The notes: generated by a model not told the origin, from the letters alone. A stretch of DNA of 32,000 nucleotides from Halomicronema hongdechloris C2206 (GCF_002075285.3 NZ_CP021983.2:3780001-3812000), one strand, 5' to 3'. Shown: positions 10,155 to 19,012, numbered from the stretch's first letter. Program-made: numbers and translations.

Positions 10155-11243
10155 TCATTCCAAGAAGAACTGACGCAGCTCCTGCAAAATCAACTCAGCA
10201 CCGATGGGGCCATTGAGGCCATTCCACTTGTAGAAGGTGGCAAAATAAACACGATTGTCTTGGCTAGCGGTGAGAGATTGTGCGATCGCATTGTCTTCCC
10301 AATCCTGTTTGATGGTTTGTACCTGGTGTGTCTCAAGGCTATCATTCACTGACTTATCAACAGCTGGGGCTGAAGTTTCCAGCCCATCGCTGACATCAAA
10401 GTCCCAACCCAGGACGATAATGATGTCTGCGTTATTGAGCTTTGGCAAGGCTTCAATTGATATCAACGGGGTGTTGGAGCTGCTATATGCGGCGGGTGGA
10501 GGGATCACTTGAAACCCAATCCTGCTGAGTAATTCGCCGAGGTAACTATCAGGTTTAACAACTAAAAAGCCCTGATCTAGGTGGTTAGATCCCAATACCA
10601 ACAGTTTAGGATACTTGGCCACCACCCCAGCCAGGTCAGAACCGGCATCGTCGATACGGGCCTCATACTGCTGAATCACCGCCTCTGCCTTTTCCTCATG
10701 TCCAAGGGCTGCTGTAATATCGTGCAAACTCTCTTGCCATTGGCCTTGAGCCGCGCGGTTCTCCCATAGGAGCGTAGGAGCAATCTGCGACAGCAACTCG
10801 TACTCGTCAGCATTGCGACTAGCCTCCCCTAAAATCAAGTCTGGCTTGAGCGCTGTTAGCTTTTCCAGGGAAGGGGCGTGATCGTCTCCCAGATTTACGG
10901 GTTGGGTGGTGAGGCGATCGCCCAGATAAGGGATTTGCTGAGTTGGATTATCAAAAACTTCTTTTTGATTGATATTGATCGTCATCGTGCAGCCTACAGG
11001 CTGCTCACCTAAAGAGAGGAGTAAGTCGAGAGCGTGAAGGCTCAGCGTCACTATTTTCTCAGGCTGTCCACAGACCTCTGTTTCACCCAGATCATGCTCA
11101 ATCAACCGGCAGTTGGCCGCTTGAGTTGACTCGCTGCTAACGGGGGATTCGACTGATGTGTTGCTGGATTGGAGACCACACCCCACAATCAGTCCAGCCG
11201 TCATAACGCCCAGCATGAGCCCTTTCACGATTCGACTCCACAT
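10155..11243 (-). CDS. Iron-siderophore ABC transporter substrate-binding lipoprotein (FecB/FhuD type)
   Basis: ATG start. Signal peptide with lipobox (LIVGCGLQ). The length and pattern fit the periplasmic binding protein type 2 fold (KIVTLSLHALDLLLSLGEQPVG...LKPDLILG...). It lies immediately downstream of the receptor gene. Confidence 0.75.
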   Translation of the reverse strand: MWSRIVKGLMLGVMTAGLIVGCGLQSSNTSVESPVSSESTQAANCRLIEHDLGETEVCGQPEKIVTLSLHALDLLLSLGEQPVGCTMTININQKEVFDNPTQQIPYLGDRLTTQPVNLGDDHAPSLEKLTALKPDLILGEASRNADEYELLSQIAPTLLWENRAAQGQWQESLHDITAALGHEEKAEAVIQQYEARIDDAGSDLAGVVAKYPKLLVLGSNHLDQGFLVVKPDSYLGELLSRIGFQVIPPPAAYSSSNTPLISIEALPKLNNADIIIVLGWDFDVSDGLETSAPAVDKSVNDSLETHQVQTIKQDWEDNAIAQSLTASQDNRVYFATFYKWNGLNGPIGAELILQELRQFFLE

Positions 11244-11349
11244 TACTATTTGTCCTATAGTTGGCCGGCATTTTAGGCAGGATTACAGTGTGCTTTGTAT
11301 ACCCAACCTGTTCAATTTTTCTAAGCATCAGTCGTGACTCTATCTCTGC

Positions 11350-13590
11350 TCAAAACTCAACGGATACCGAACCGATGACAGTAAGCCCTTTGCCTGGATC
11401 GATTCTTATGGTTCTGCTGTTTCCAGCACTCTGGATATAATCGATGTCAAACAGATTGCGGAAATTTAGACCTGCTTGCCAATTATCGCGACGATAGGAA
11501 ATAGCGGCATTGGTGAGGAAATAACTGTCGAGTTCAAAGCTGTTGGCGTTGTCGCCGAAGCGATCGCTCACATAGTTAAAGCCAATTCCAAACCCCAACC
11601 CTGTCAACGGGCCATTTTGGATGTCATAGGTTGTCCACAGATTGAAGTTGTGCTCGGGTACGTTGAACAGTCGATTGCCTTCTAAACCACTATTGTCATC
11701 TGTAATGCTGGCATCAATGTAGGCATAATTAGCAATTAGATTCCACCCCGGCAGAATCTCGCCAGCCAAATCTAGCTCTACCCCCTGGCTGCGTTGCTGC
11801 CCCGTAGCCACAGAAAAGTTGGGAAAGTCAGGGTCAGGTGTGGCGACATTCTGTAGAGTAATGTTGAAATAGGCAAGGCTCGCTGAAAATCGACCGCCCA
11901 GTAGTTCTGCTTTAGCCCCGATTTCAAACTGCTCGCCCTCCTCCGGCTCCAGGATATCTCCAGCAACAGTCGTTCCGGAGTTGGGAGAAAAGGAGCGGCT
12001 GTAACTGGTGAACAGGGCAACTTCTTCGATGGGTTGATACACCACCCCAAATCGTGGGCTGAAAGCATCATCCGTTTGGGTAGATTCGGACCCGGTCGGG
12101 CTAAAGAATGATGGATTATTAATGGTTTCTTGCTCGACAGTATCATAGCGAACTCCGAGCAGCAGTTTTAGATTATCCGCCAGGGTCACCTGGTCTTGTA
12201 GGTAGACACCAAGCGCATCTGTCTGAGTTTCATTCGAGAAAAGGATAGGCAGAGTTTCTGGGTCTTGATCGGGGACAGTCCCGTAGACGGGGTCAAAGAC
12301 ATTAATAAAAATGGGGGAGAACGCATCACCTTGTACAAAAGTGCCACCGTTCCTGCGGAATAGATCGACACCGGCCAATACGGTATGTTCAATGTCTCCT
12401 GTGTTGAATTCGGCGACGAGATTCGTCTGCAGGTCAAAGGTTTCTTGAGGCACCCCTCTGAAAAGGTAAAGGTTCGACGAGGCGTTTAAGCGATAGGACA
12501 CCCGAGCATCCTCCGTGAGCGGCCCAGAAATATCGACTCTGGGCTCGATCACCTCTCGATTGACGACCCTAAACTCAAATTCATAGAACGGTTCACTCGT
12601 CGGCTGTTCACTGACCAGATTGATCACACCGCCTGGTTCAACCACACCGAACAAGATGGCGGCGGGTCCTTTGAGCACCTCAATCTGCTCAACATTGGAT
12701 AATTCTTGAAAACCAGTAGCGCCAGTGGCACCAAAGCTGAGTCGAAAGCCATCCCGCAACACGGAGGGATTTTCAAAGCCCCGTAGAATAAATCGCTGCC
12801 CTGTCGGATCGTTACTTCTAGAGAGCGTCACGCCACTGATATTCCGTAGGGCGCCATCTAGATCAGTCGCTTGCTGATCTTCCAGCACCTCTTGGGGAAT
12901 TACCTGAATCGACTGGGGAATATCTCGCAGCGGCGTATCTGTGCGCGTTCCAGTAGTGGCATTGGGTCCCACATAGCGACTGCCCTCCTCGCCGGTCACC
13001 ACAATCTGAATTGAATCATCATCGGGAGATTGAGCCGTCGGGTCGCCCAGGGTGACATTTGCGGTGAGTCCGGTTGCGCCAATACTGAGGTCAAGAGCGG
13101 GAGGGGCATCCGTGCCGGTAATGGCAAGCCGCACCTGGTTGTCGGGCAGGTTGGTGATATTAATCAGCGCAATGCCTGCAGCGGGGTCGCTGGCGGAAAA
13201 GTCATCCCCCTCGGGTAGTCGCAAGACCGCATTGGGAATATCGGCAATGATGGCATTGCCGGTGATTGAGGTTTCAGGAGTCGCCAACTCGCCATTGGTC
13301 TCAAGCTGCAACGTCAAGCCTGTAGCGATTTCCTCAAGCTGGACATTGGTAATCTCGACGATCTCAGTCTGGGCTATTTGCCTTAGCCATTCATCTACAG
13401 TGGTTGCAGCGGATTCAGTTTTGTTAGAGGGGATAGCTTCGACTGGCCCAGTCTCTAGCGGTACAGCTTGCACTGGTGATGCCGCTTCCGCGTCAGCAGA
13501 TTGCGCTAGCGCCGCCTCAGCAACAAATATTGGTTTGCCCACTACGGCTAAAATCACGAGCAGAGGCCACTGTTGCGGATAATGTTTCAT
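11350..13590 (-). CDS. TonB-dependent siderophore receptor with AMIN-like N-terminal extension (barrel appears unusually short)
   Basis: Signal peptide (LLVILAVVGKPIFVAEAALA). N-terminal extension (VEITNVQLEEIATGLTLQLETNGE...). Plug motifs DIPQSIQVIPQEVLEDQQ, NISGV, LRGF, RDGF, IEVLKGPAAILFG and GGVINLVSEQPT. The C-terminal barrel ends VIGSVSVEF. Confidence 0.85.
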   Translation of the reverse strand: MKHYPQQWPLLVILAVVGKPIFVAEAALAQSADAEAASPVQAVPLETGPVEAIPSNKTESAATTVDEWLRQIAQTEIVEITNVQLEEIATGLTLQLETNGELATPETSITGNAIIADIPNAVLRLPEGDDFSASDPAAGIALINITNLPDNQVRLAITGTDAPPALDLSIGATGLTANVTLGDPTAQSPDDDSIQIVVTGEEGSRYVGPNATTGTRTDTPLRDIPQSIQVIPQEVLEDQQATDLDGALRNISGVTLSRSNDPTGQRFILRGFENPSVLRDGFRLSFGATGATGFQELSNVEQIEVLKGPAAILFGVVEPGGVINLVSEQPTSEPFYEFEFRVVNREVIEPRVDISGPLTEDARVSYRLNASSNLYLFRGVPQETFDLQTNLVAEFNTGDIEHTVLAGVDLFRRNGGTFVQGDAFSPIFINVFDPVYGTVPDQDPETLPILFSNETQTDALGVYLQDQVTLADNLKLLLGVRYDTVEQETINNPSFFSPTGSESTQTDDAFSPRFGVVYQPIEEVALFTSYSRSFSPNSGTTVAGDILEPEEGEQFEIGAKAELLGGRFSASLAYFNITLQNVATPDPDFPNFSVATGQQRSQGVELDLAGEILPGWNLIANYAYIDASITDDNSGLEGNRLFNVPEHNFNLWTTYDIQNGPLTGLGFGIGFNYVSDRFGDNANSFELDSYFLTNAAISYRRDNWQAGLNFRNLFDIDYIQSAGNSRTIRIDPGKGLTVIGSVSVEF

Positions 13591-13776
13591 TCTGTTCCTC
13601 GCACACCGTTTCTCAAGGCCAAACGATAAGCCAACCGTTAGCTTGAGTGGTTGCTGATATCGCTCAGGCCTTGAAGCGAACTATTCTCGATTAGGATACG
13701 GAAACTGCCGATCGCGGTGTAGAGATTTTGAACGGTAGACGCATTTTTTACGCAGTCAGACTTAAAGAAGTTCAAA

Positions 13777-13832
13777 ATTTTGAGTTTTGAGTTTTGAATG
13801 AATTGTCAAACTCATAACTCATAACTCATAAC
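13777..13832. repeat. Heptamer repeat palindrome (ATTTTGA/GTTTTGA x3 facing TCAAAC/TCATAAC x3); possible terminator of the AraC gene
   Basis: The plus strand reads ATTTTGA GTTTTGA GTTTTGA atgaattg TCAAAC TCATAAC TCATAAC TCATAAC. The arms pair imperfectly. It begins 11 nt past the AraC stop (13843) and is followed on the minus strand by a U-rich tract. Confidence 0.5.
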
Positions 13833-13842
13833 TTTCTCATTT

Positions 13843-14934
13843 CTAGCTCGCCCACTGCCACGCCTGAAGCTGAAACGTCTTAGGATTGATGCCCGTCCAC
13901 TGACGAAAGGCCAGGGCAAAGTGGCTGCGGTTGGTATAGCCGACGCTAGCGGCAATATCTGCGATCGCTAAATCTGAAATCGTCAACAGCCGCTGCGCCT
14001 GCCACAGTCGACAATCGCGCAGATAGCCATAGGGTGTCGTGTCATACACCTCACGAAAGCCTTGATTTAGCTTGAGTCGGTTTGTGCACACCCGGCGAGC
14101 TAACGCCTCAATAGACGGAGGGTTCGATAATTGGTTTCTCAAAATAGACGCGGCCTGATAGATACTGTTGAGGTCAGCTTCAGTCAAGCATGGCTGCACC
14201 ATCGCCTCTAGGCGGAGAGACACTAGCTTCAGGGCTTGGCGCTCCAAATAGATGCGGCGCGTCGTCCCCTGATACGGACAACTGAGAATCTGCCCGATGA
14301 CCTGGTTCATAGTGGGCGAAATCGGAGTTCGATTTGCATAATTGAAGACAACCGATTCGGCGTGGAGGGTATCAGACACCACGTGCCCGAAAGTTGTATA
14401 AGGCTCAGACGCCATCCCACCCTGCATCACTCGGCTCAGCATCTTGACCGGAGTCGATAGTGAGCCGCTCCTCTGGTATCGATACATCGCCTGGATAACC
14501 CGCTCAGCCACGCTCTGGGCTTGGGGAGACAGCTGCTCTAAATAGGCTTGAAAGTAGTCCGTGAGCGTCGGCGGCTTGAAAATGACTTCGACTTTGAAAA
14601 ACCGCCGCTGCGATCGCTTGACTTCAAGCTGCTTGAAACCAAAATTAGGGACAAACAGACTGTACCCTGTCTCCGGGCCAGCCAACAGAAACTCGAACTC
14701 GATGTGAGGGCTTTCACCCGGCACATCAATGACCAAATCATTAGTCAGCGCATAGTCGACGATGAAGAGAGACAAGTCATCTTGCAGTGGAATTTCTTGA
14801 ATATAGCCTCGCCCCAAGTGAGGCGGACAAACATAGATGCGATCGCACCCGTCGGCATGCAGCAGTCGCGTATCGTCTGGGTTACCCGGCAACAGCCAGT
14901 CTTGCCAGTGATTGAGGGTCAGCCGCGTCGTCAT
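13843..14934 (-). CDS. AraC-family transcriptional regulator (PchR-like), paralog of 6754-7764
   Basis: ATG start. C-terminal AraC HTH (LARRVCTNRLKLNQGFREVYDTTPYGYLRDCRLWQAQRLL...SVGYTNRSHFALAFRQWTGINPKTF). Same length class and N-terminus as the other regulator. It sits directly upstream of the receptor gene. Confidence 0.85.
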   Translation of the reverse strand: MTTRLTLNHWQDWLLPGNPDDTRLLHADGCDRIYVCPPHLGRGYIQEIPLQDDLSLFIVDYALTNDLVIDVPGESPHIEFEFLLAGPETGYSLFVPNFGFKQLEVKRSQRRFFKVEVIFKPPTLTDYFQAYLEQLSPQAQSVAERVIQAMYRYQRSGSLSTPVKMLSRVMQGGMASEPYTTFGHVVSDTLHAESVVFNYANRTPISPTMNQVIGQILSCPYQGTTRRIYLERQALKLVSLRLEAMVQPCLTEADLNSIYQAASILRNQLSNPPSIEALARRVCTNRLKLNQGFREVYDTTPYGYLRDCRLWQAQRLLTISDLAIADIAASVGYTNRSHFALAFRQWTGINPKTFQLQAWQWAS

Positions 14935-14965
14935 GGGGGTAGGGGCAGGTAAATCCCTCGTGATT

Positions 14966-14987
14966 AATGAGAAGCGCTTGCATTATA
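14966..14987 (-). promoter_or_regulatory. Candidate -10 box (TATAAT) plus CTTCTCATT operator half-site, same spacing as at 7788-7809
   Basis: The minus strand reads GTATAATGCAAGCGCTTCTCATTAATCAC. GTATAATG and CTTCTCATT fall at identical relative positions (15-nt offset) to those in the paralogous AraC promoter. Confidence 0.35.
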
Positions 14988-15034
14988 CCCGATTGCTTGT
15001 CAGCACGCGATTCAGCCTCATATTCATGGGATAG

Positions 15035-15113
15035 GCTATTGTCGAGGTGCAGACTCTAGCCCCCTGAGCGGGTATATGGTGCGGCAGCCTTTGATTGGCT
15101 TAGGGACATTAAG
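15035..15113 (+). repeat. Duplicated copy of the promoter and first 13 codons of the 19058 gene (copy A)
   Basis: GCTATTGTCGAG (12/12), AGACTCT (7/7) and ATG-GTG-CGG-CAG-CCT followed by TTGATTGGCTTAGGGACATTAAG (23/23) all match 19013-19095. The copy-A reading frame stops after 14 codons. Confidence 0.8.
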
Positions 15114-15837
15114 TCTCTGACAGGTCTTCCGGGTCAATTCCTTGAGCTTTGAGGATAGCCGCTAACCGTTCGGCTCGCTGGTGTTCCTGCTCGGCCCGTT
15201 GACATTCTTGCTCAGCCCGTTGTTGCTCTACCTCCTCAGGCAAGGGAATCAACTCCCCCTCTGCCGTAAACCAGCGCAACTGCTGCCCATGAATCCCCAG
15301 TTGTAATCCCAACTGCTCACTGGGCAAGTGTCTTGCTTCAGTTGGGGCGATCGCCTCATACCGACCATTCACTAACCGAAATCCGGCAAATTCCAACGTC
15401 TCTGGGTGAAACCAGTAATACCCTGGCAACCGCCACACATCCTGATACAGGTTTTTCTTCGCCCCTTTATCGATCCTGCTGGTAGAACTTGAGAGCAGTT
15501 CAATCACCACATTGGGATACTTGCCCCCCTCGTCCCAGATCGCCCAGCTGCGGCGGTCTTTCTTTTCAGTTCCCAGCACCACAAACACATCAGCACCACG
15601 GAAATCCCGCGATTTCAGTTGCTGGATGTTGTAATAGACCATCAGATTGCCAGAGATATAGAAATCCTGGCGATCGCGCCACCAGTACTGCAACAAACGA
15701 ATCAACAAGTCAATCTGATTGCGGTGACGATCCGTTTCCAAGGGGGGCTCATCACTGTATAAGGTACTGGGAGGCAGCACAACTTCGTCAGCAATGTGCT
15801 CACCAAGTCCGGGGAGATTTTCATCTAGACGAACCAT
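15109..15837 (-). CDS. Uma2-family (DUF820) endonuclease-like protein with C-terminal QRAEQE coiled repeat
   Basis: LPPSTLYSDEPPLETDRHRNQIDLL...RGADVFVVLG...WAIWDEGGKYPNVVIELLSSSTSRIDKGAKKNLYQ...YYWFHP...LIPLPEEVEQQRAEQECQRAEQEHQRAERLAAILKAQGIDP. The ATG at 15837 is preferred over the TTG at 15852. Confidence 0.75.
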   Translation of the reverse strand: MVRLDENLPGLGEHIADEVVLPPSTLYSDEPPLETDRHRNQIDLLIRLLQYWWRDRQDFYISGNLMVYYNIQQLKSRDFRGADVFVVLGTEKKDRRSWAIWDEGGKYPNVVIELLSSSTSRIDKGAKKNLYQDVWRLPGYYWFHPETLEFAGFRLVNGRYEAIAPTEARHLPSEQLGLQLGIHGQQLRWFTAEGELIPLPEEVEQQRAEQECQRAEQEHQRAERLAAILKAQGIDPEDLSET

Positions 15838-16147
15838 AGCCAGCCGCCCCAATCATCCTACACACAGTGTAAAGCGAATCCACCTGGGTAAAAGACATCG
15901 CCACTTGCAGCAGGGATTGCGGTCTCCAGCTCACGAGGCATTTGTGGAACGCCTGAGCGAATCTTCGACAGAATCTCCATGAGAATACGCCAGAGCGATT
16001 GCCCAGTACCAGGGCTTTTGGCTCCGAGAGGCATTATTTCGAACAATCATGCATGAGACTTGGAAGCCGACCCGTCAGCAATGTGCGGTGTAGCGGGTAT
16101 GGGTGTTGCTATTTCGGATGAGCGCTCAGGGATAATTCGCCGGATGG

Positions 16148-16717
16148 TCAAGGCTGAAGGACCTGCGCTGCCGTTAATTTCAGTTGCGGAAATAGCGGAG
16201 AGGCAATTTCTTGCTCTCCTCGATAAATTGACTCTTCGTATAGTCCTTCCACCCGTTGCAAAACCGTGACTTTTGCTTGAATCGGGTCAACAATCCAATA
16301 TTCTGCAATGCCTCTAGCGGCGTATTCGGCTCGTTTGTAGCGATAATCTCGGTTTTCGTTCTCTTTACCCGCAGACACCACCTCGACCACTAAGGCAGGT
16401 GGGGGCATGTCCAAGGTAATGGTCGATCGGGGCGCGTCTTGCAGGGCATCGGCCAATTCATCCGTCAAAACCATTAGATCGGGATAACGAGTCGTGGCTC
16501 GGCTCCCGCTCACAACAATTTCGGTCTTGTTGCGAATCAACTCAATAGAAACGATGGGCAACAGTTTCGCTAGCAGAAACAAGGCAATTCGAGCGTTGCG
16601 ATCGCTCTCGGGTGGCATTTCCACAAGTTCTCCATTGACGAGTTCGTAGCGCTTGTCGGTGCCGTCGTCATAGCGGAGATATTCCTCAATCGTCATGAGT
16701 TTGGTGCCTGTAGCCAT
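16148..16717 (-). CDS. Uma2-family (DUF820) endonuclease, short form
   Basis: Classic short Uma2 pattern: MTIEEYLRYDDGTDKRYELVNGELVEMPPES...PDLMVL...LVVEVVSAGKENENRDYRYKRAEYAARGIAEYWIVDP. The PD...E-V-S...K arrangement fits a PD-(D/E)xK core. Confidence 0.8.
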   Translation of the reverse strand: MATGTKLMTIEEYLRYDDGTDKRYELVNGELVEMPPESDRNARIALFLLAKLLPIVSIELIRNKTEIVVSGSRATTRYPDLMVLTDELADALQDAPRSTITLDMPPPALVVEVVSAGKENENRDYRYKRAEYAARGIAEYWIVDPIQAKVTVLQRVEGLYEESIYRGEQEIASPLFPQLKLTAAQVLQP

Positions 16718-16873
16718 GGTTGCCGCCTACCAGTTCGTAACCTTAATTATAAAAAGAGTCGGTTGTCAGGCATCGGGCATTAGCGCAGCCTCTTCAACGG
16801 AGAAACGCTTGGGCCACTGTTGAGCCGCTATCATACGCGTATATAAACGCTGAGCAGAACATGAGGTTTACCA

Positions 16874-17617
16874 ATGACCTCAGATATTGCCTTAGAGCAG
16901 CAAGTCCCTCCGGAATGGGAGCCTCCCGCTCCGCCCACGGATTTGATTTTTGATGATGGGGTCCCCTTGGCAAGTAACCGCCATCGCATTGCCGTGAATG
17001 TGCTGATTCGCTCGACGCAGCAGGCTTTGGCCCAATCCAACGACTTCTTTGTGGGCGGCAACATGTTCATCTACTACAGCCGCAATCAGGCCATGAACCA
17101 GGATTTCCGGGGTCCTGACTTTTTTGTAGCGCTAGGGGTCGAGGGCGATTCTCCCCTGGAGAGGCTGCGCCAACGCGAACGACAGGGCTGGGTGGTGTGG
17201 GAAGAAGCGGGCCGCTACCCGGATGTGATTGTGGAACTGCTGTCGCCCAGCACGGCGGCTGTCGATAAGGGCGTCAAAAAAGACTTGTATGAGCAGGTGT
17301 TCAAAACCTCGGACTACTATGTGTTTGACCCCTTTGATCCAAGTTCTCTAGAGGGCTGGCGGTTGGACCTGTCTCACGGCTATCAGCCGCTCTCCCCCAA
17401 TGAGCGGGGATGGCTGTGGTGTGAGTCGTTGGGGCTATGGTTGGGCACCTGGGATGGGGCGATCGATCGTGAACCCATGAACGGCGTGTGCCAATGGCTA
17501 CGGCTCTACGATGTCCAGGGAAATCTGGTGCTGCTGCCAGAGGAGGCAGAGAAGCAACGAGCCGATCGCCTGGCCGCAAAGCTACAAGAGCTGGGAGTTG
17601 ACCCATCGGAGGTATAA
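16874..17617 (+). CDS. Uma2-family (DUF820) endonuclease-like protein
   Basis: Same subfamily as 15109-15837: PPTDLIFDDGVPLASNRHR...RGPDFFVALGV...WVVWEEAGRYPDVIVELLSPSTAAVDKGVKKDLYE...YYVFDP...LVLLPEEAEKQRADRLAAKLQELGVDP. Its 3' end overlaps the convergent gene by 36 nt. Confidence 0.75.
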   Translation: MTSDIALEQQVPPEWEPPAPPTDLIFDDGVPLASNRHRIAVNVLIRSTQQALAQSNDFFVGGNMFIYYSRNQAMNQDFRGPDFFVALGVEGDSPLERLRQRERQGWVVWEEAGRYPDVIVELLSPSTAAVDKGVKKDLYEQVFKTSDYYVFDPFDPSSLEGWRLDLSHGYQPLSPNERGWLWCESLGLWLGTWDGAIDREPMNGVCQWLRLYDVQGNLVLLPEEAEKQRADRLAAKLQELGVDPSEV

Positions 17618-18718
17618 CACGCCTACTTTTTCTGTAGGCGACTGATCCGATACCTGCGCCGCCGCTTTTAATTGCATCGCTTCTCCTTTTTTTGGCGATT
17701 TTGCGGCGGTCATCACCTCGCCGCAGACCTCGACCCGAGCATGATACGCGCCAGAGGTATTCTGAGCAGCGTTGGTGAACTCGATCCGTACCTCAGCCCA
17801 GGTGGCATCATTTGTCCACTGCTGTAGAAACGCCTGTACCCGCTTTAGCGGTACCCACCGCAGCACCGGATACAGATAGCGCTTGATGCCCCGCAGCCCT
17901 TTGCCAAGAGTCTTGCCCGACTTATGGCAGGAGAGCCACTCCCATCCTTGTTGCAGCCAAATCTCGCGCTCGGCGATTTGCTCAAACTTACTCAAGCCTG
18001 ACCAGCCCCGATAGTGCGATCGCAACTGACTGACATCCCCTTGCCGATGGACAAGCACATCCAAGATTTCCGGTTCTAAATGCCCCCAGTAACGGCCATC
18101 TGGCAGGTCGATTAACGTCGGCGCAAATTTGTGTCCGCCAAAATGGCTGCACCGCCATACCCGCAAAGTTCCGTCTGATTGAGCGGCATACCCATTCCGC
18201 AGCATTTTGTAGATAGGATGGCCAAAGCGAGCACAGGCAGCGTCCACATTGCCGTGGGTACACACCATCATGTCGCGGACATGGGCCGTGTCTTGGCGAT
18301 AGCGCTGGAAGCCAGACAACTCATCGGGCTGGCGCATCACATTTTTCATCAGCGCCGTGGCCAGTCGGGGCAAGTCTGCGTCGGGGACGACAAATTCCTG
18401 CTTGTCAAACTGAGCAAACTGCGTTCGAGGTCGCCGATAAAACATCACCCGCGTTTGTCCGGGCTGAGAATAGTCCGAGTCGGGGGCAATCAGCACCGGT
18501 GACATCAATACGCCGTGTTTCATGAACAGCTGTTTAAACAACTGAATCAGCGGCGTGATTCTGGGATCTTCCTGAAATAGTGTCTCGGTCCAGGGTTGGG
18601 CCAGTTCCAGCACCAGCCAGCAATCGACGGTTCGGGCGGTGCCGATGGGATCTTCGCCTACTGCTTTGGAAACCTGGGAGCAAAAGCGGCAGTCAGCCAA
18701 TGTTTCTTGAGTCAGCAT
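17582..18718 (-). CDS. Sucrase/ferredoxin-like (thioredoxin-fold, putative Fe-S) family protein
   Basis: ATG start. Motifs MMVCTHGNVDAACARFGHPIY and VWRCSHFGGHKFAPTLIDLPDGRYWGHL match the conserved C-x-H-G...C and SH-x-GGH-x-FA...P-x-G-x-W-Y/G blocks that I recall for the Suc_Fer-like family. Confidence 0.55.
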   Translation of the reverse strand: MLTQETLADCRFCSQVSKAVGEDPIGTARTVDCWLVLELAQPWTETLFQEDPRITPLIQLFKQLFMKHGVLMSPVLIAPDSDYSQPGQTRVMFYRRPRTQFAQFDKQEFVVPDADLPRLATALMKNVMRQPDELSGFQRYRQDTAHVRDMMVCTHGNVDAACARFGHPIYKMLRNGYAAQSDGTLRVWRCSHFGGHKFAPTLIDLPDGRYWGHLEPEILDVLVHRQGDVSQLRSHYRGWSGLSKFEQIAEREIWLQQGWEWLSCHKSGKTLGKGLRGIKRYLYPVLRWVPLKRVQAFLQQWTNDATWAEVRIEFTNAAQNTSGAYHARVEVCGEVMTAAKSPKKGEAMQLKAAAQVSDQSPTEKVGVLYLRWVNSQLL

Positions 18719-19012
18719 TCGGTTGCCTCAGTTTTCAACGCCAGTCCCAGAACGAGCCTTGCTGGGGTTTCGGTTGGAGGGTGACTGCAGTTTTAATAAG
18801 AATATCTTGCATTATACTCCCATCGCTGCTCATCAAAAAGTCCAGCACCGTATTCAAAGGCCGAAGCCGCCGTCTGTACCATTGACTTACCCCTGGCCTG
18901 AGCCCATGGAAGGTTACTTTAGCGTGGACATGGCGATTTATTTAGGAAAAGAATGTCCGCTTTCGGTGTGATTTTGAATCATGTCACCCTCAACCCGTTT
19001 CCTGAGTCATAC

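Noticed and set aside
13052-13582. 176-aa plus-strand ORF
   Set aside because: It is antisense to the N-terminal region of the TonB-dependent receptor. It is Ser/Ala-rich low complexity.
15858-16046. 62-aa minus-strand ORF just upstream of the Uma2 gene
   Set aside because: TTG start, no recognisable motifs and no clear ribosome-binding site. It cannot be distinguished from chance.
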